Source of the DNA: Dehalococcoidia bacterium
GTDB lineage: Bacteria; Chloroflexota; Dehalococcoidia; Lucifugimonadales; Australimonadaceae
Direction: 5' to 3'
NCBI GenBank assembly: GCA_965220655.1
Contig: CBDCQO010000007.1
Coordinates: forward strand, 15,356 to 79,355
Length of the DNA: 64,000 bases
Shown piece after piece: positions 37,093 to 46,129 of this stretch; position 1 is the first letter of the stretch; each line of letters opens with the position of its first letter. The notes beneath the pieces are model-generated. The model worked only from the letters and a program-made list of their open reading frames with translations, ran no database searches and was not told where the DNA came from. The translations under genes were made by a program, and so were the position numbers.

Positions 37093-38403
37093 ATGCTGAC
37101 TCGTGAAGACAATGAGTTGATGACTCGCGTTGGCCCCGGCACGCCGATGGGCGACATGATCCGGCAGTACTGGACGCCGGTCATGCGCTCATCCGACCTG
37201 CCTGAACGCGACAGCAGCCCGGAGCGCATCCGGTTGCTGGGTGAGGACCTCGTCATACTGCGCGACACCAGCGGACGGGTCGGTCTGATGGCGGAGAACT
37301 GCTCGCATCGCGGGTGCTCGCTCTTCTACGGCCGCAACGAGGAAGACGGCCTCCGCTGCATCTACCACGGCTGGAAATACGACGTGACCGGCCAGTGCGT
37401 GGACATGCCCAACGAGCCCGCGGCAAGCAACTTCAAGACCAAGGTGCGGCAGCGGGCGTACCCGTGCATCGAGGCGGGCGGCATGGTGTGGACGTACATG
37501 GGGCCGCGCGAGACGCCCCCGCCGCTGCCCGACCTCGAGTGGATGTCGGTGCCGGAATCGCACCGGCGGCTTACCCCGTTCCAGCGGGAGTGCAACTGGG
37601 TGCAGGCGCTGGAAGGCGACATCGACACGAGTCACCTCTACTTCCTGCACGGCAGGCTGAACCCGGACGACCCTCCGTACATGGGCGTCTGGCACACGGA
37701 CAAGCACCCGAAGCTGGAAGTGGTGCCGACGAACTACGGCGTCGTCTACGCGGCCAACCGCGAGGAGGACCCCGAGACGACGTACTGGCGCGTGACGCAG
37801 TTCATGTTCCCCATCCACACGCTCTTCCCCGGCTACCCGGACGGAACGGTGCCGGGACACATCTGGGTGCCGATGGACGACTACCACACCATCGTCTGGA
37901 CGGTGCTGTGGAACCCGGTGACGTCGCTCGAAGAGCTGATGGGGCCGACAGGCGCGATGGCACGGGGCGGCAGCGGCGTCGGCGAGTTCCTGCCGAAGGA
38001 GGCCGACGGCCTCTCCTGGTGGCGGCCTGCCTTGAACCGGGGCAACCACTACGGGCAGGACCGCGAGGCGCAGCGGGAGAAGACGTTCACCGGCATCCCG
38101 ACTATACCGCTGCAGGACCAGGCCGCTACCGAGAGCATGGGGCCGATCTACGACCGGACGCAGGAGCACCTGGGCACGTCCGACGCGATGATCATCCGGG
38201 TGCGGCGCAGGCTGATCCGCGCGGCGCGGGAGCTCCGCGACCTGGGCGTGACGCCGCCCGGCGTCGACAACCCGGAGTGGTACCGCGTGCGGACGACGTC
38301 GGCGACGCTGCCGAAGGGCGCGGACTGGCTCGACCAGTTGGAGGAGTGGCTGAACGCCCGGTCCAACGAGATCCCCGAGGCGAAGCTCAGGGTCCCCGGC
38401 TAG
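37093..38403 (+). CDS. Rieske [2Fe-2S] oxygenase, alpha-only (paralogue)
   Basis: CSHRGCSLFYG...CIYHGWKYD and NWVQALEGDIDTSHLYFLH. Confidence 0.85.
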   Translation: MLTREDNELMTRVGPGTPMGDMIRQYWTPVMRSSDLPERDSSPERIRLLGEDLVILRDTSGRVGLMAENCSHRGCSLFYGRNEEDGLRCIYHGWKYDVTGQCVDMPNEPAASNFKTKVRQRAYPCIEAGGMVWTYMGPRETPPPLPDLEWMSVPESHRRLTPFQRECNWVQALEGDIDTSHLYFLHGRLNPDDPPYMGVWHTDKHPKLEVVPTNYGVVYAANREEDPETTYWRVTQFMFPIHTLFPGYPDGTVPGHIWVPMDDYHTIVWTVLWNPVTSLEELMGPTGAMARGGSGVGEFLPKEADGLSWWRPALNRGNHYGQDREAQREKTFTGIPTIPLQDQAATESMGPIYDRTQEHLGTSDAMIIRVRRRLIRAARELRDLGVTPPGVDNPEWYRVRTTSATLPKGADWLDQLEEWLNARSNEIPEAKLRVPG

Positions 38404-39305
38404 AGCGTGCCGGCAGCCTGGGCCGCGGCGACGTCGTCGGGGTGGCCCCAGGTCTCGAAGCCGCCGAGGCCCTGCTCCTCGTTGAAGCCCATGCAGCTGA
38501 TCCAGCGACCGGTGATGCCGCTGCCGTCCTGTTCGGCGAGGTGAAGCGCGAGGGGAACGACGTTGTCGGCGCGCACACGGCGCGGGGTCCAGTTGGACCG
38601 CTCCTGTCCCAGCTTCATCCGTATCTCGTGGCGCACCTGCTCCTGCTCGTCGGAGCCCGTGGTGGCGGTGTGTCCGGGGAGCATGACGTTTGCGGCGATG
38701 TTGTACTGCTGGAGCTCCTTCGCGAGGTAGATGGTCATGGAGCCCATGGCGGCCTTGGCGGGCTGGTAGGCGCCCTCACGGCTGAGGCCATAGAAGACAG
38801 GCTCGCCCTGGCCGGAGGCGTGGGCGTTGAGCAGCTGGCTGGACGAGGAGTTGATGATGCTGCCGCTGCGCTTCTCGATCATCGGCTGGACGAACCGCTT
38901 GATGACGCGGAGGTTGCCGAAGACGTGCGTGCCGAACATCTTCTCCCACTCGCTGATGTCGGTCTCGAGGACGGTGACGCTGCCGTGGGTATCGAGGTAG
39001 AGGTCGCGCTGGCGCGTGCCGCCGTTGTTGATGATGACGTCGACGGTGCCGAACTTCTCGATCGTCTTCCGGTACGCCTCATCGACGTGCGACTGGAGCG
39101 TGATGTCCATCGTGCAGACGAGGGCGTTTGGGTTCTCCCTGATCTCCTCGAAGAAGTCGAAGTCGTCGTTGGAGACGCCGGTGGGCACCCACGAGAGGTC
39201 GGTTGCAACGACCTTCGCCCCTTCCTTCAGGAACGCGCGGACCATCTCGCGCCCCATCCCGCGCGCGCCTCCGGTGATGAGTACGACCTTACCTTCTACC
39301 GACAT
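38400..39305 (-). CDS. Short-chain dehydrogenase/reductase (SDR)
   Basis: ATG at 39305 lies 5 nt after GGAGGG. The cofactor motif is TGGARGMG. The catalytic Tyr/Lys is in AYQPAKAA. Confidence 0.85.
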   Translation of the reverse strand: MSVEGKVVLITGGARGMGREMVRAFLKEGAKVVATDLSWVPTGVSNDDFDFFEEIRENPNALVCTMDITLQSHVDEAYRKTIEKFGTVDVIINNGGTRQRDLYLDTHGSVTVLETDISEWEKMFGTHVFGNLRVIKRFVQPMIEKRSGSIINSSSSQLLNAHASGQGEPVFYGLSREGAYQPAKAAMGSMTIYLAKELQQYNIAANVMLPGHTATTGSDEQEQVRHEIRMKLGQERSNWTPRRVRADNVVPLALHLAEQDGSGITGRWISCMGFNEEQGLGGFETWGHPDDVAAAQAAGTL

Positions 39306-39426
39306 GGCTGCCCTCCTTGCGCACAGATCTATCGAATGGCCTGACTCTACCAGAGAAGCTGTGCGCAATCACGGGAAGGGCGCCCACGAGGGGCGCCCTT
39401 GGATGTGTGGACTCCCGTGCGGTGCC

Positions 39427-41250
39427 CTAGACGGCGCACTCGCCTTCGCCGCGCTCCAGCTTGTAGAGGATGGTCTTGCCCCAGTCGATGTAGGTGTCGA
39501 GGTTCTCCTTGTTGAGAGCGCCGACCTCGCGGAACTGCCCGGCGAGCTCCTCGAACGGGGCGGTGCCAACGCGGTCGACGAAGTCGTTGAACGACTCGCC
39601 GTCCTCGCGGTTGGACTGGTAGTGGGCGAGGATGCCGTCCATGAAGGCGGGGACGCGCTTGGCGGGCACCTTGGCCTTCACGCGGTGGCCGAAGCGGACG
39701 GGGTCCTGGTTGCCGTAGTTGCCGGCGAGGAAGACCTCGTAGGCGGGCACCTGGTTGCCGTCGCCCTTCGTGGCCGCGCCGTGGAAGCCGATGTTGGCGA
39801 TGTGGTGGCGGGAGCAGCCGTTGGGGCAGCCGCTGACCTTGACGTGGAGGCCCTTGATGCCGGGGTCGTCCACTCCGTGGCTGCGGATGCTGCTCCGGAG
39901 CGCCTCGGCGACGCCCATCGAGGAGGTGATGCCCATCTTGCAGCTGTCGGTGCCGGGGCAGGAGACGACGTCCGTGATGGAGTTCGCGCCGTCCTCGGCG
40001 AGGCCGGTCGCCTTGAGCGCGGCCCACACGTCGAACAGGTGGCCCTCCGGCACCCAGCGGTAGAGGATGTTCTGCTCCGTGGTCGCGCGGATGCCGCCCG
40101 CGTACTTCCGCCCGATGTCGGCGAGCACGGGGAACTGGTGCGCGTAGATGTCGCCGAGCGGCAGGGTGACGTAGACCGCGTAGTAGCCGTCCTGCTGCTG
40201 CGGGTGGGCGTTGTCCCTGCGCCAAGCGAGGAACTCCGGCTCGTCGTGCGCTTCGACCGGCACGAGGGCAGGGGGCTCGTCGATCATCTCCGGGGGGAGC
40301 TCCATCCAGGGCGTGGGGTCGAAGTCGGCCTGCGCCCAGTCGCCCCGCATCTCCTCCTCGACCTCCTCGCGGAAGGCGTCGATGCCGATGCGGTCGACGT
40401 AGAACTTGATGCGTGCGCGCATGCGGTTCTTGCGCAACTCGTCGGTGCGGTGGAAGACGCGGATCGCGGCCTCGGCCACCTTGAGGTACTCGCTGACGGG
40501 CACGAAGTCGTAGAGCGTCCAGGCGATGCGGGGCATGATGGACGTTCCGCCGCCGATGCGTATCTCGAAGCCCTTCTCCGGCTCGCCGCCGTCCTCGTTA
40601 TCGCGGAGCTTCGGGATGAAGGCGAGGTCGTGGATGTCGGCGACCACGTCGTCGTTGCCGCCGCTGGAGAAGGAGGTCTTCCACTTGCGCGGGAGCGCCT
40701 GCGTGTACTCGTGGCGGACGAAGTAGCGGGCGTAGGCCGCGAGGTAGGGGGCGACGTAGAACGGCTCCTCCAGCTTCACGCCGGAGAGCGGGTCGCCCGC
40801 GACGTTGCGGACGGTGTTGCCGCACGCCTCGCGGGTGATGAGGCCCGCGTCGCCGAGGATGCGCATGACGTGCGGAGTGTCGGCGAGCTTGACGAAGTGG
40901 ACCTGCAGGTTCTCGCGGGTGGTGATGTGCCCCTTCTTGAGCGGGGCGTACCCGCTGACGACATCGCCGAACGCCTCGAGGTGTTCAGGGGTGAGCGCGC
41001 CGCCGGGGATCTTGATGCGCATCATCTGCACGTCCGGCTGGCGCTGACCGTAGACCCCGCGCACGAGGCGGTACATGATGAACTGCTCCTCGGTCGGCCA
41101 TTCGCCGTTGAGGTAGCGGGTCGCCTCCGTCTCGAAGTCGTCGACCTCCTCGGGGACGTAGGGCAGTACGCTCTTCGAGTAGTCGTACTGCCTCTTCTCC
41201 TCGATGGTCTTGGTGCCTCGGATGATGGGGCGGGGAGCGGTGCTGGTCAT
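39427..41250 (-). CDS. Ferredoxin-dependent sulfite/nitrite reductase (siroheme-[4Fe-4S], NirA/SirA type)
   Basis: 607 aa. Cluster and siroheme cysteines are in SCPGTDSCKMG and SGCPNGCSRHHIANIGF. Duplicated NIR_SIR ferredoxin-like halves are present. Confidence 0.85.
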   Translation of the reverse strand: MTSTAPRPIIRGTKTIEEKRQYDYSKSVLPYVPEEVDDFETEATRYLNGEWPTEEQFIMYRLVRGVYGQRQPDVQMMRIKIPGGALTPEHLEAFGDVVSGYAPLKKGHITTRENLQVHFVKLADTPHVMRILGDAGLITREACGNTVRNVAGDPLSGVKLEEPFYVAPYLAAYARYFVRHEYTQALPRKWKTSFSSGGNDDVVADIHDLAFIPKLRDNEDGGEPEKGFEIRIGGGTSIMPRIAWTLYDFVPVSEYLKVAEAAIRVFHRTDELRKNRMRARIKFYVDRIGIDAFREEVEEEMRGDWAQADFDPTPWMELPPEMIDEPPALVPVEAHDEPEFLAWRRDNAHPQQQDGYYAVYVTLPLGDIYAHQFPVLADIGRKYAGGIRATTEQNILYRWVPEGHLFDVWAALKATGLAEDGANSITDVVSCPGTDSCKMGITSSMGVAEALRSSIRSHGVDDPGIKGLHVKVSGCPNGCSRHHIANIGFHGAATKGDGNQVPAYEVFLAGNYGNQDPVRFGHRVKAKVPAKRVPAFMDGILAHYQSNREDGESFNDFVDRVGTAPFEELAGQFREVGALNKENLDTYIDWGKTILYKLERGEGECAV

Positions 41251-41274
41251 CTGCTTCTCCTTCGGGATAAGAAA

Positions 41275-41315
41275 GCGCCCTTCTCGTGGTTTGCTGAGAA
41301 GGGCGCAGTTTTTTG
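41275..41315. terminator. Strong GC hairpin with T/A tracts on both sides (bidirectional terminator-like), 25 nt upstream of the reductase start
   Basis: GCGCCCTTCTC-(10-nt loop)-GAGAAGGGCGC. On the plus strand it is followed by AGTTTTTTG. On the minus strand it is followed by TTTCTTAT. Confidence 0.5.
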
Positions 41316-41466
41316 CGGCGTGCGAGAACTGTCGGCCCTATGGTCGACAACAACAAGCGCACATCGTGACGGCGATGTTCATCTCGCGGGGCAGTATAGC
41401 ACACGCTGGCAAGAGGGCGCTATGGGGGTGCTCAGGAAGGGGGCGGCCAACCGGCCGCCCCCAGAG

Positions 41467-41516
41467 GTTCACCCTCATCCGCGCTTTCAGCGCGCCCTCT
41501 CCCCTCGAGGGAGAGG
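41467..41516. repeat. Repeat module A' (inverted orientation) just downstream of the aldolase gene
   Basis: GTTCACCCTCATCC, then GCGCTTTCAGCGCG, then CCCTCTCCC-CTCG-AGGGAGAGG. A separate 10-bp GC hairpin lies next to it at 41439-41462. Confidence 0.9.
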
Positions 41517-41525
41517 TGACAGCGC

Positions 41526-42314
41526 TCACGGGGCGACCATGTCGCCGGAGACCTTCTTCTTGTAGGAGTTCCAGACGCCGTCGCGCGGGGGGTTGCCGCC
41601 GATGCTGCGCATGAGCTCCTTGAAGTGCGGGTACTCGTGCTGCGGCGGACGGTTCACCGATTCCATGACGAGTTCGTCGGAGAGGTAGGGGTGGTCGGAG
41701 CCCTTGGCGACGAGGCCCCAGTAGTTCATGCGCGCCTGCTCCTCCAGCTGGAGCATGCTGACGACGGAGTCCTGGGGGTCCTTGCCGGTCATCGAGGCGC
41801 CGTGCCCCTTCATGAGGACGAACTTGTGGTCGCCGAGGCACTCGGCGAGTTCGAGGCCTTCCTCGTGGCTCCAGACGGTCTTGGTGTGCGGGTAGATGGG
41901 GTGGGGCTGCTCCATGACCATCTGCGCGCCCTCCTGCGCCATCGGAACGATCGGCTCTTCGAGGACGGTCATGAGGACGACGTTGCGCGGGTGCACGTGG
42001 ACGACCGAGTTCACGTCCGGGCGCGCCTTCATGATGGAGGAGTGGATCTTGACCTCGGAGCACTGGGTGGACCGGGCGGGGCCGTCTACCTTGTAGCCGT
42101 CGAGGTTGCAGACGATCATGTCGTAGTACTGCATCTCCTCCAGGGCGTCGATGGTGTAGCCCCGGCCCTTGACCACGAACAGCTCGGGCTGGTTGGGGAC
42201 GCGCATGCTGACGTGCCCCAGGGCGGCGGTCACGCCGGTGGCGAGGCCCATGTGGGAGAGGATGCGGGTTGCCATGGCGACTTCGTACTTGATCTCGTCT
42301 ATCTCTCGGGACAT
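41526..42314 (-). CDS. Class II aldolase/adducin-family protein
   Basis: 262 aa with GHVSMR, SEVKIHSSIM, VVHVHP and MKGHGASMTG, which match the metal-binding His pattern of the family. Confidence 0.8.
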   Translation of the reverse strand: MSREIDEIKYEVAMATRILSHMGLATGVTAALGHVSMRVPNQPELFVVKGRGYTIDALEEMQYYDMIVCNLDGYKVDGPARSTQCSEVKIHSSIMKARPDVNSVVHVHPRNVVLMTVLEEPIVPMAQEGAQMVMEQPHPIYPHTKTVWSHEEGLELAECLGDHKFVLMKGHGASMTGKDPQDSVVSMLQLEEQARMNYWGLVAKGSDHPYLSDELVMESVNRPPQHEYPHFKELMRSIGGNPPRDGVWNSYKKKVSGDMVAP

Positions 42315-42413
42315 CGGGGCCTCCTTGTGTGGCGGGTGCGCGGGGATGTTACCACCTATTGAGACAGGGTCAAACGCGCGAGGACTTATGGTTGGCCGTC
42401 TGTCAGCACCTGC

Positions 42414-43133
42414 CTACAGGACCTCCTCTTCCCTGAGGGCCCATATCTCTATGTCGTGGTCGTGAAGTTTCGGGACTCTCTCACGCATCCACTCCTCTAG
42501 ATCAAGGCGGCGGCCGGGTTCTTCGTCAGGGGCATAGAAGAATAGGTATCGATGCGATACCGGGAGCCCCATGATGCTCACGCAGTTCTTACTGAGCGCT
42601 GCGTTGCTGCCCTCGCTCGTTGCTGCGAAGGCTTGCGCGGCGACATCAGGGCGATCGTAACTTACTACCGGGGTTTTCACATGAATGCCCATGAAGACGT
42701 ATTTCGAATCAACGAATTGGGGTAGTGAGCCCGGCGCGAAATCCCCGTGTCTTATTTGCCACATGCGATAGTCAAGATCTTTAAGCCACCCGTCATTGTC
42801 GATGAGATGAGTTTCTTGGGTCAGCCCGAAGTTGAGGGCGAAACGGCATTGATGCCTTTCGAGGAGGTAGTCTGCCGCCGCAAGAATGGTCATCACCTTG
42901 AATGTCCGGTAGAGCTGCTCCACCATAGTGGGATGTCGTCCGCTCAGGGCGTTGTAACCCATACGCTCGAACTTGAGCGCGTGGAGGAGGCGCATGGGAT
43001 TCTCGTTGATGCTGCTGAGGTTGATGCTGTTGAGGTTTTCGCCCGCCTGCCAAGCCCCAAGCCGAACGAGTTTGCGGAGTTCTTCAACCTCGCGGCTTGC
43101 TGAGACGATCGGAGTCAGACGCTTCAGAGCCAC
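42414..43133 (-). CDS. Orphan 239-aa protein of unknown function in a low-GC patch
   Basis: GTG start 9 nt after the upstream Rieske stop. It is a continuous ORF with no family recognised. A local line count gives 26/60 G+C at 42661-42720. Confidence 0.6.
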   Translation of the reverse strand: MALKRLTPIVSASREVEELRKLVRLGAWQAGENLNSINLSSINENPMRLLHALKFERMGYNALSGRHPTMVEQLYRTFKVMTILAAADYLLERHQCRFALNFGLTQETHLIDNDGWLKDLDYRMWQIRHGDFAPGSLPQFVDSKYVFMGIHVKTPVVSYDRPDVAAQAFAATSEGSNAALSKNCVSIMGLPVSHRYLFFYAPDEEPGRRLDLEEWMRERVPKLHDHDIEIWALREEEVL

Positions 43134-43142
43134 AGCGTATCC

Positions 43143-44417
43143 CTAGAAGAGCTCCAGGTCCTTCGGCTGAGCGGCGACCCCCTCCGGCACCCAGGTGCGG
43201 AGCACCTCCTCGATCATGGGCACGATGGGGCTGTCCCCGCCCTCGCCCGGGCGGTAGCGCCCGTCCGGCTTGATGCCGTGCTTGACGCTCTCCATCGGCA
43301 GGGCGATGTGGTTGGCCTTCGCGGGGTCGCGGAAGACGTTCATGGGATCGCCGCCGTCCTCGACGACCTTCATCTGCTGGCGCAGCATCTTGCGGAAGAG
43401 GATGAGGCCGATGTCGGACTGGCCGAGCATCTCCTTGTCGCGCTGGGCGACGGCGCCCTGGGTTATCCAGCACATGTAGTCCTGGTTGAAGGTGACGCCG
43501 GTGTAGAAGCGCCCGTCCGGCTCATAGAGCGGCACGTAGCGGTAGGCCGCGACGTCCTGCTGCGGCACGGGGGTGCCGGGCTTCGCGCGGTAGACGTAGT
43601 AGGACACGTGGTAGGTGTTCTCGTCGTCGATGGGCACGCGCCACTGCGTGGTGGTGCGGACTTGGTCGCCGACGAAGAGGATGTTGGGGAACATGATGGG
43701 GTGGCCCTTGGCCCAGTCCTCGCCGTCCTCGGGGAAGCCGAGCTGCAGCCTGCGCTTGATGATGCCGTACTCGAAGGCGTCGAACGCGATCTTCATGGTC
43801 TTGGGCTGGCTCTCCGGCGGGGCGGCGACGCCGTTCCGGACGTAGTTGCCGAAGTAGAAGTGCAGCCACTCCGTGTGGACGGGGTCGACGGAGTTCTCCT
43901 GGCACTGGAGCCAGTTGCAGGGCAGGTGCGAGATGGCGATGTCGCGCACCGCGTCGTCGTAGGTCAACTGCTCCCAGTGGGGGAGCAGCGGCGCGGGCTG
44001 CGGGCCCATGTAGGCGAAGATGAGCCCGCCAAGCTCCTGCACGGGGTAGCCCGCGACCTTGACCTTCTCCTTGAAACGCCCGTCCGGGTGCACCGTCTCC
44101 TCGAACGGCTGCTCGATGCACTGGCCGGTCTCGTCCATCATCCAGCCGTGGTACATGCAGCGGAGGCCGTTCTCCTCCGGTATGCCGTAGGAGAGGTCCA
44201 CCCTGCGGTGGGGGCAGAAGCGGTCGATGAGGCCGAGCGTTCCGGACTTGTCCTTGTAGAGGACGAGGTCCTCGCCGAGGATGCGGACGGCCTTGGTCGG
44301 GCGCTCGATCAGCTCGCCGGCCGCTGCGATGGGGTGCCAGTAGCGGCGCATGAGTTCGCCCATCGGCGTTCCCGCGCTGACCTGGGTGAGTTCTTCGTTG
44401 ACGTGGCTTGGGATCAT
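43143..44417 (-). CDS. Rieske [2Fe-2S] oxygenase, alpha-only (third paralogue)
   Basis: CPHRRVDLSYG...CMYHGWMMD and NWLQCQENSVDPVHTEWLH. Confidence 0.85.
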   Translation of the reverse strand: MIPSHVNEELTQVSAGTPMGELMRRYWHPIAAAGELIERPTKAVRILGEDLVLYKDKSGTLGLIDRFCPHRRVDLSYGIPEENGLRCMYHGWMMDETGQCIEQPFEETVHPDGRFKEKVKVAGYPVQELGGLIFAYMGPQPAPLLPHWEQLTYDDAVRDIAISHLPCNWLQCQENSVDPVHTEWLHFYFGNYVRNGVAAPPESQPKTMKIAFDAFEYGIIKRRLQLGFPEDGEDWAKGHPIMFPNILFVGDQVRTTTQWRVPIDDENTYHVSYYVYRAKPGTPVPQQDVAAYRYVPLYEPDGRFYTGVTFNQDYMCWITQGAVAQRDKEMLGQSDIGLILFRKMLRQQMKVVEDGGDPMNVFRDPAKANHIALPMESVKHGIKPDGRYRPGEGGDSPIVPMIEEVLRTWVPEGVAAQPKDLELF

Positions 44418-44456
44418 GTTCTCCTACACCTCGTAAGTCGTTCGTCGTCGGTACTG

Positions 44457-44497
44457 AACCCTCACCCTAACCCTCTCCCAGAGGGGAGGGGATGAGG
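44457..44497. repeat. Repeat module A (inverted orientation)
   Basis: GAACCCTCACCCTAA-CCCTCTCCC-AGA-GGGGAGGGG-ATGAGG. It lies between the amidohydrolase stop and the Rieske start. Confidence 0.85.
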
Positions 44498-44505
44498 CGC
44501 GGCTA

Positions 44506-45609
44506 CTACGCGTCGCCCAAGCGGTAGAAGCGGCGGGCGTTCTTGTGGAGGATGGCCTCCTTGTCCTCGTCGGTGAGCTGCGGGTTGTCCAGGAGCTCCT
44601 GCAACTCGTGGCGGCACGTCTCGGTCGTGACCTCGTGGGGGAAGTCGGTCGAGAAGAAGAAGGGCTTGTTACCGACCTGGCTGACGGCGAACGCGATCGC
44701 GGGCTCCTCGCCCTCGCAGCCGATGAAGAGGCGGTCGTTGTCGATCTGGCGCCGGATGTACTCGTGGACGCTGTCGCCGATCTTGGGGCCGAGCATGTCG
44801 TCGTCGCGCAACTGGTACTCCATGTGGGTGCTGTGGGAGCGGTCGAAGCGCTCCAGGCACATGACGAACCAGCCGATGCCGCCCTCCAGGAAGCCGAAGC
44901 GGGCGTTGGGGAAGCGCTCGAAGACGCCGTTGAAGACCATGCCCGCAAGGGCGATAGCCTGTCCGGCGGGGTGGCCGAGGGCGTGGATGGGGGCGTAGAC
45001 GTTCATGTGGTCGAGCCCGATGCCGCTGTGCGCTCCGCCGTGGACGGCGATGGCGCAGCCGAGGCGGTCGGCCTCCTCGTAGACGGGCCAGTAGATCTTC
45101 GAGCCGAGGTGGTCGGGCAGGCCGAAGGAGGGGAGCATCGCGCCGACGAAGCCGAGGTCCTCGACGCAGCGGCGGAGCTCCTTCACGGCCTCGGCGGGTT
45201 CCTGCATGGGGATGAGGCCGACGCCGTGGAAGCGTCCGTCGCGCTTGCAGTAGGTGTTGTAGAGCCAGTCGTTGTAGGCCTGCGCGGTGGCGATGGCCCA
45301 GTCGCGGCTGACGATCTTGCCGTAGGAGAGGGCGGTGGTGGGGTAGAGGACGGTGGCGTCGATGCCGACGTCGGTGAGGAAGACTTCCCAGCCGTCCGGC
45401 CCGACGAACGCGCCCTTGCGGTCGCGGCGTCCGGGGGTCTCGACGAAGTGCCCGGCGTGGAGGTGGTCCAGCGGCGGGAAGAGGGAGGAGTTGAGGTTGC
45501 GCGCCGGGTTGTCGCGGAACTTGGGCGGGAGGTACTCGGCCATCGCCGGGATGTCCTCCATGATGTGGCCGTCGCCGTCTACGATGATCTCCAGGTTCGT
45601 GGTGGTCAT
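44506..45609 (-). CDS. Amidohydrolase_2 family metal-dependent hydrolase/decarboxylase (ACMSD-like)
   Basis: 367 aa. IVDGDGHIME is the HxH-type metal site. AVHGGAHSG and a C-terminal FSTDFPHE are present. Confidence 0.8.
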   Translation of the reverse strand: MTTTNLEIIVDGDGHIMEDIPAMAEYLPPKFRDNPARNLNSSLFPPLDHLHAGHFVETPGRRDRKGAFVGPDGWEVFLTDVGIDATVLYPTTALSYGKIVSRDWAIATAQAYNDWLYNTYCKRDGRFHGVGLIPMQEPAEAVKELRRCVEDLGFVGAMLPSFGLPDHLGSKIYWPVYEEADRLGCAIAVHGGAHSGIGLDHMNVYAPIHALGHPAGQAIALAGMVFNGVFERFPNARFGFLEGGIGWFVMCLERFDRSHSTHMEYQLRDDDMLGPKIGDSVHEYIRRQIDNDRLFIGCEGEEPAIAFAVSQVGNKPFFFSTDFPHEVTTETCRHELQELLDNPQLTDEDKEAILHKNARRFYRLGDA

Positions 45610-45679
45610 GTGCTTCCTCCCGGTTGCGTTGTTCGTCGTGCGGTCTCGTGTGCGCGGATTCTAGCAGGTCGCGTGCAGG

Positions 45680-46042
45680 TCACACGCGGGTGGGGCCGTC
45701 GGGTCCCGCGGGCTCGCCGATCGGCGCTTCCCGTCCCGCGAGGAGGGAGTCGATGTCCGGGTCGTCGCGCTCGTGGAGGAGGGCGATGGGAACAGCGGGT
45801 AGCGTGGTGATGCTCACGCCGATGTGGACGCCGAGACGGACGGAGTAGCGCGCCGCGGCCTCGTTGTCCGGCGCCTGGATGATGCTGACGAAGTCGTAGG
45901 GGCCGAGCACGGCGTAGAGGCCGAGGCCGGTCACCTCCGGCACGCGCACCTCGGCGGCGGCCTCCGCGATGGAGTCCGGGTTCTCGAGGATGGCGTGCTG
46001 CCCCTCCGGCGTGAGCTTCATCAGGAGGATGTAGTTCGCCAT
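45680..46042 (-). CDS. GYD-domain protein
   Basis: ATG at 46042 follows GGGAGAG. MANYILLMKLTPEG...LGLYAVLGPYDFVSIIQAPDNEAAARYS is the typical GYD pattern. The rest of ORF 45680..46714 is an upstream artefact. Confidence 0.75.
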   Translation of the reverse strand: MANYILLMKLTPEGQHAILENPDSIAEAAAEVRVPEVTGLGLYAVLGPYDFVSIIQAPDNEAAARYSVRLGVHIGVSITTLPAVPIALLHERDDPDIDSLLAGREAPIGEPAGPDGPTRV

Positions 46043-46129
46043 GGCGCTCTCCCTGTGGACAGGATGTGCGGATTCTAGCAGGCGGCGTGGAGTAGCATAC
46101 GGTACGGACTTCAGAACCGGGGGTATCGG

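Noticed and set aside
39016-41565. 849-aa plus-strand ORF antisense to the sulfite reductase, and similar antisense ORFs (35580..36851, 43278..44495, 44545..45810, 54379..56814, 57700..59430)
   Set aside because: These are Val/Ala/Gly/Asp/Arg-rich mirror frames lacking motifs. The opposite strand encodes proteins with clear catalytic signatures.
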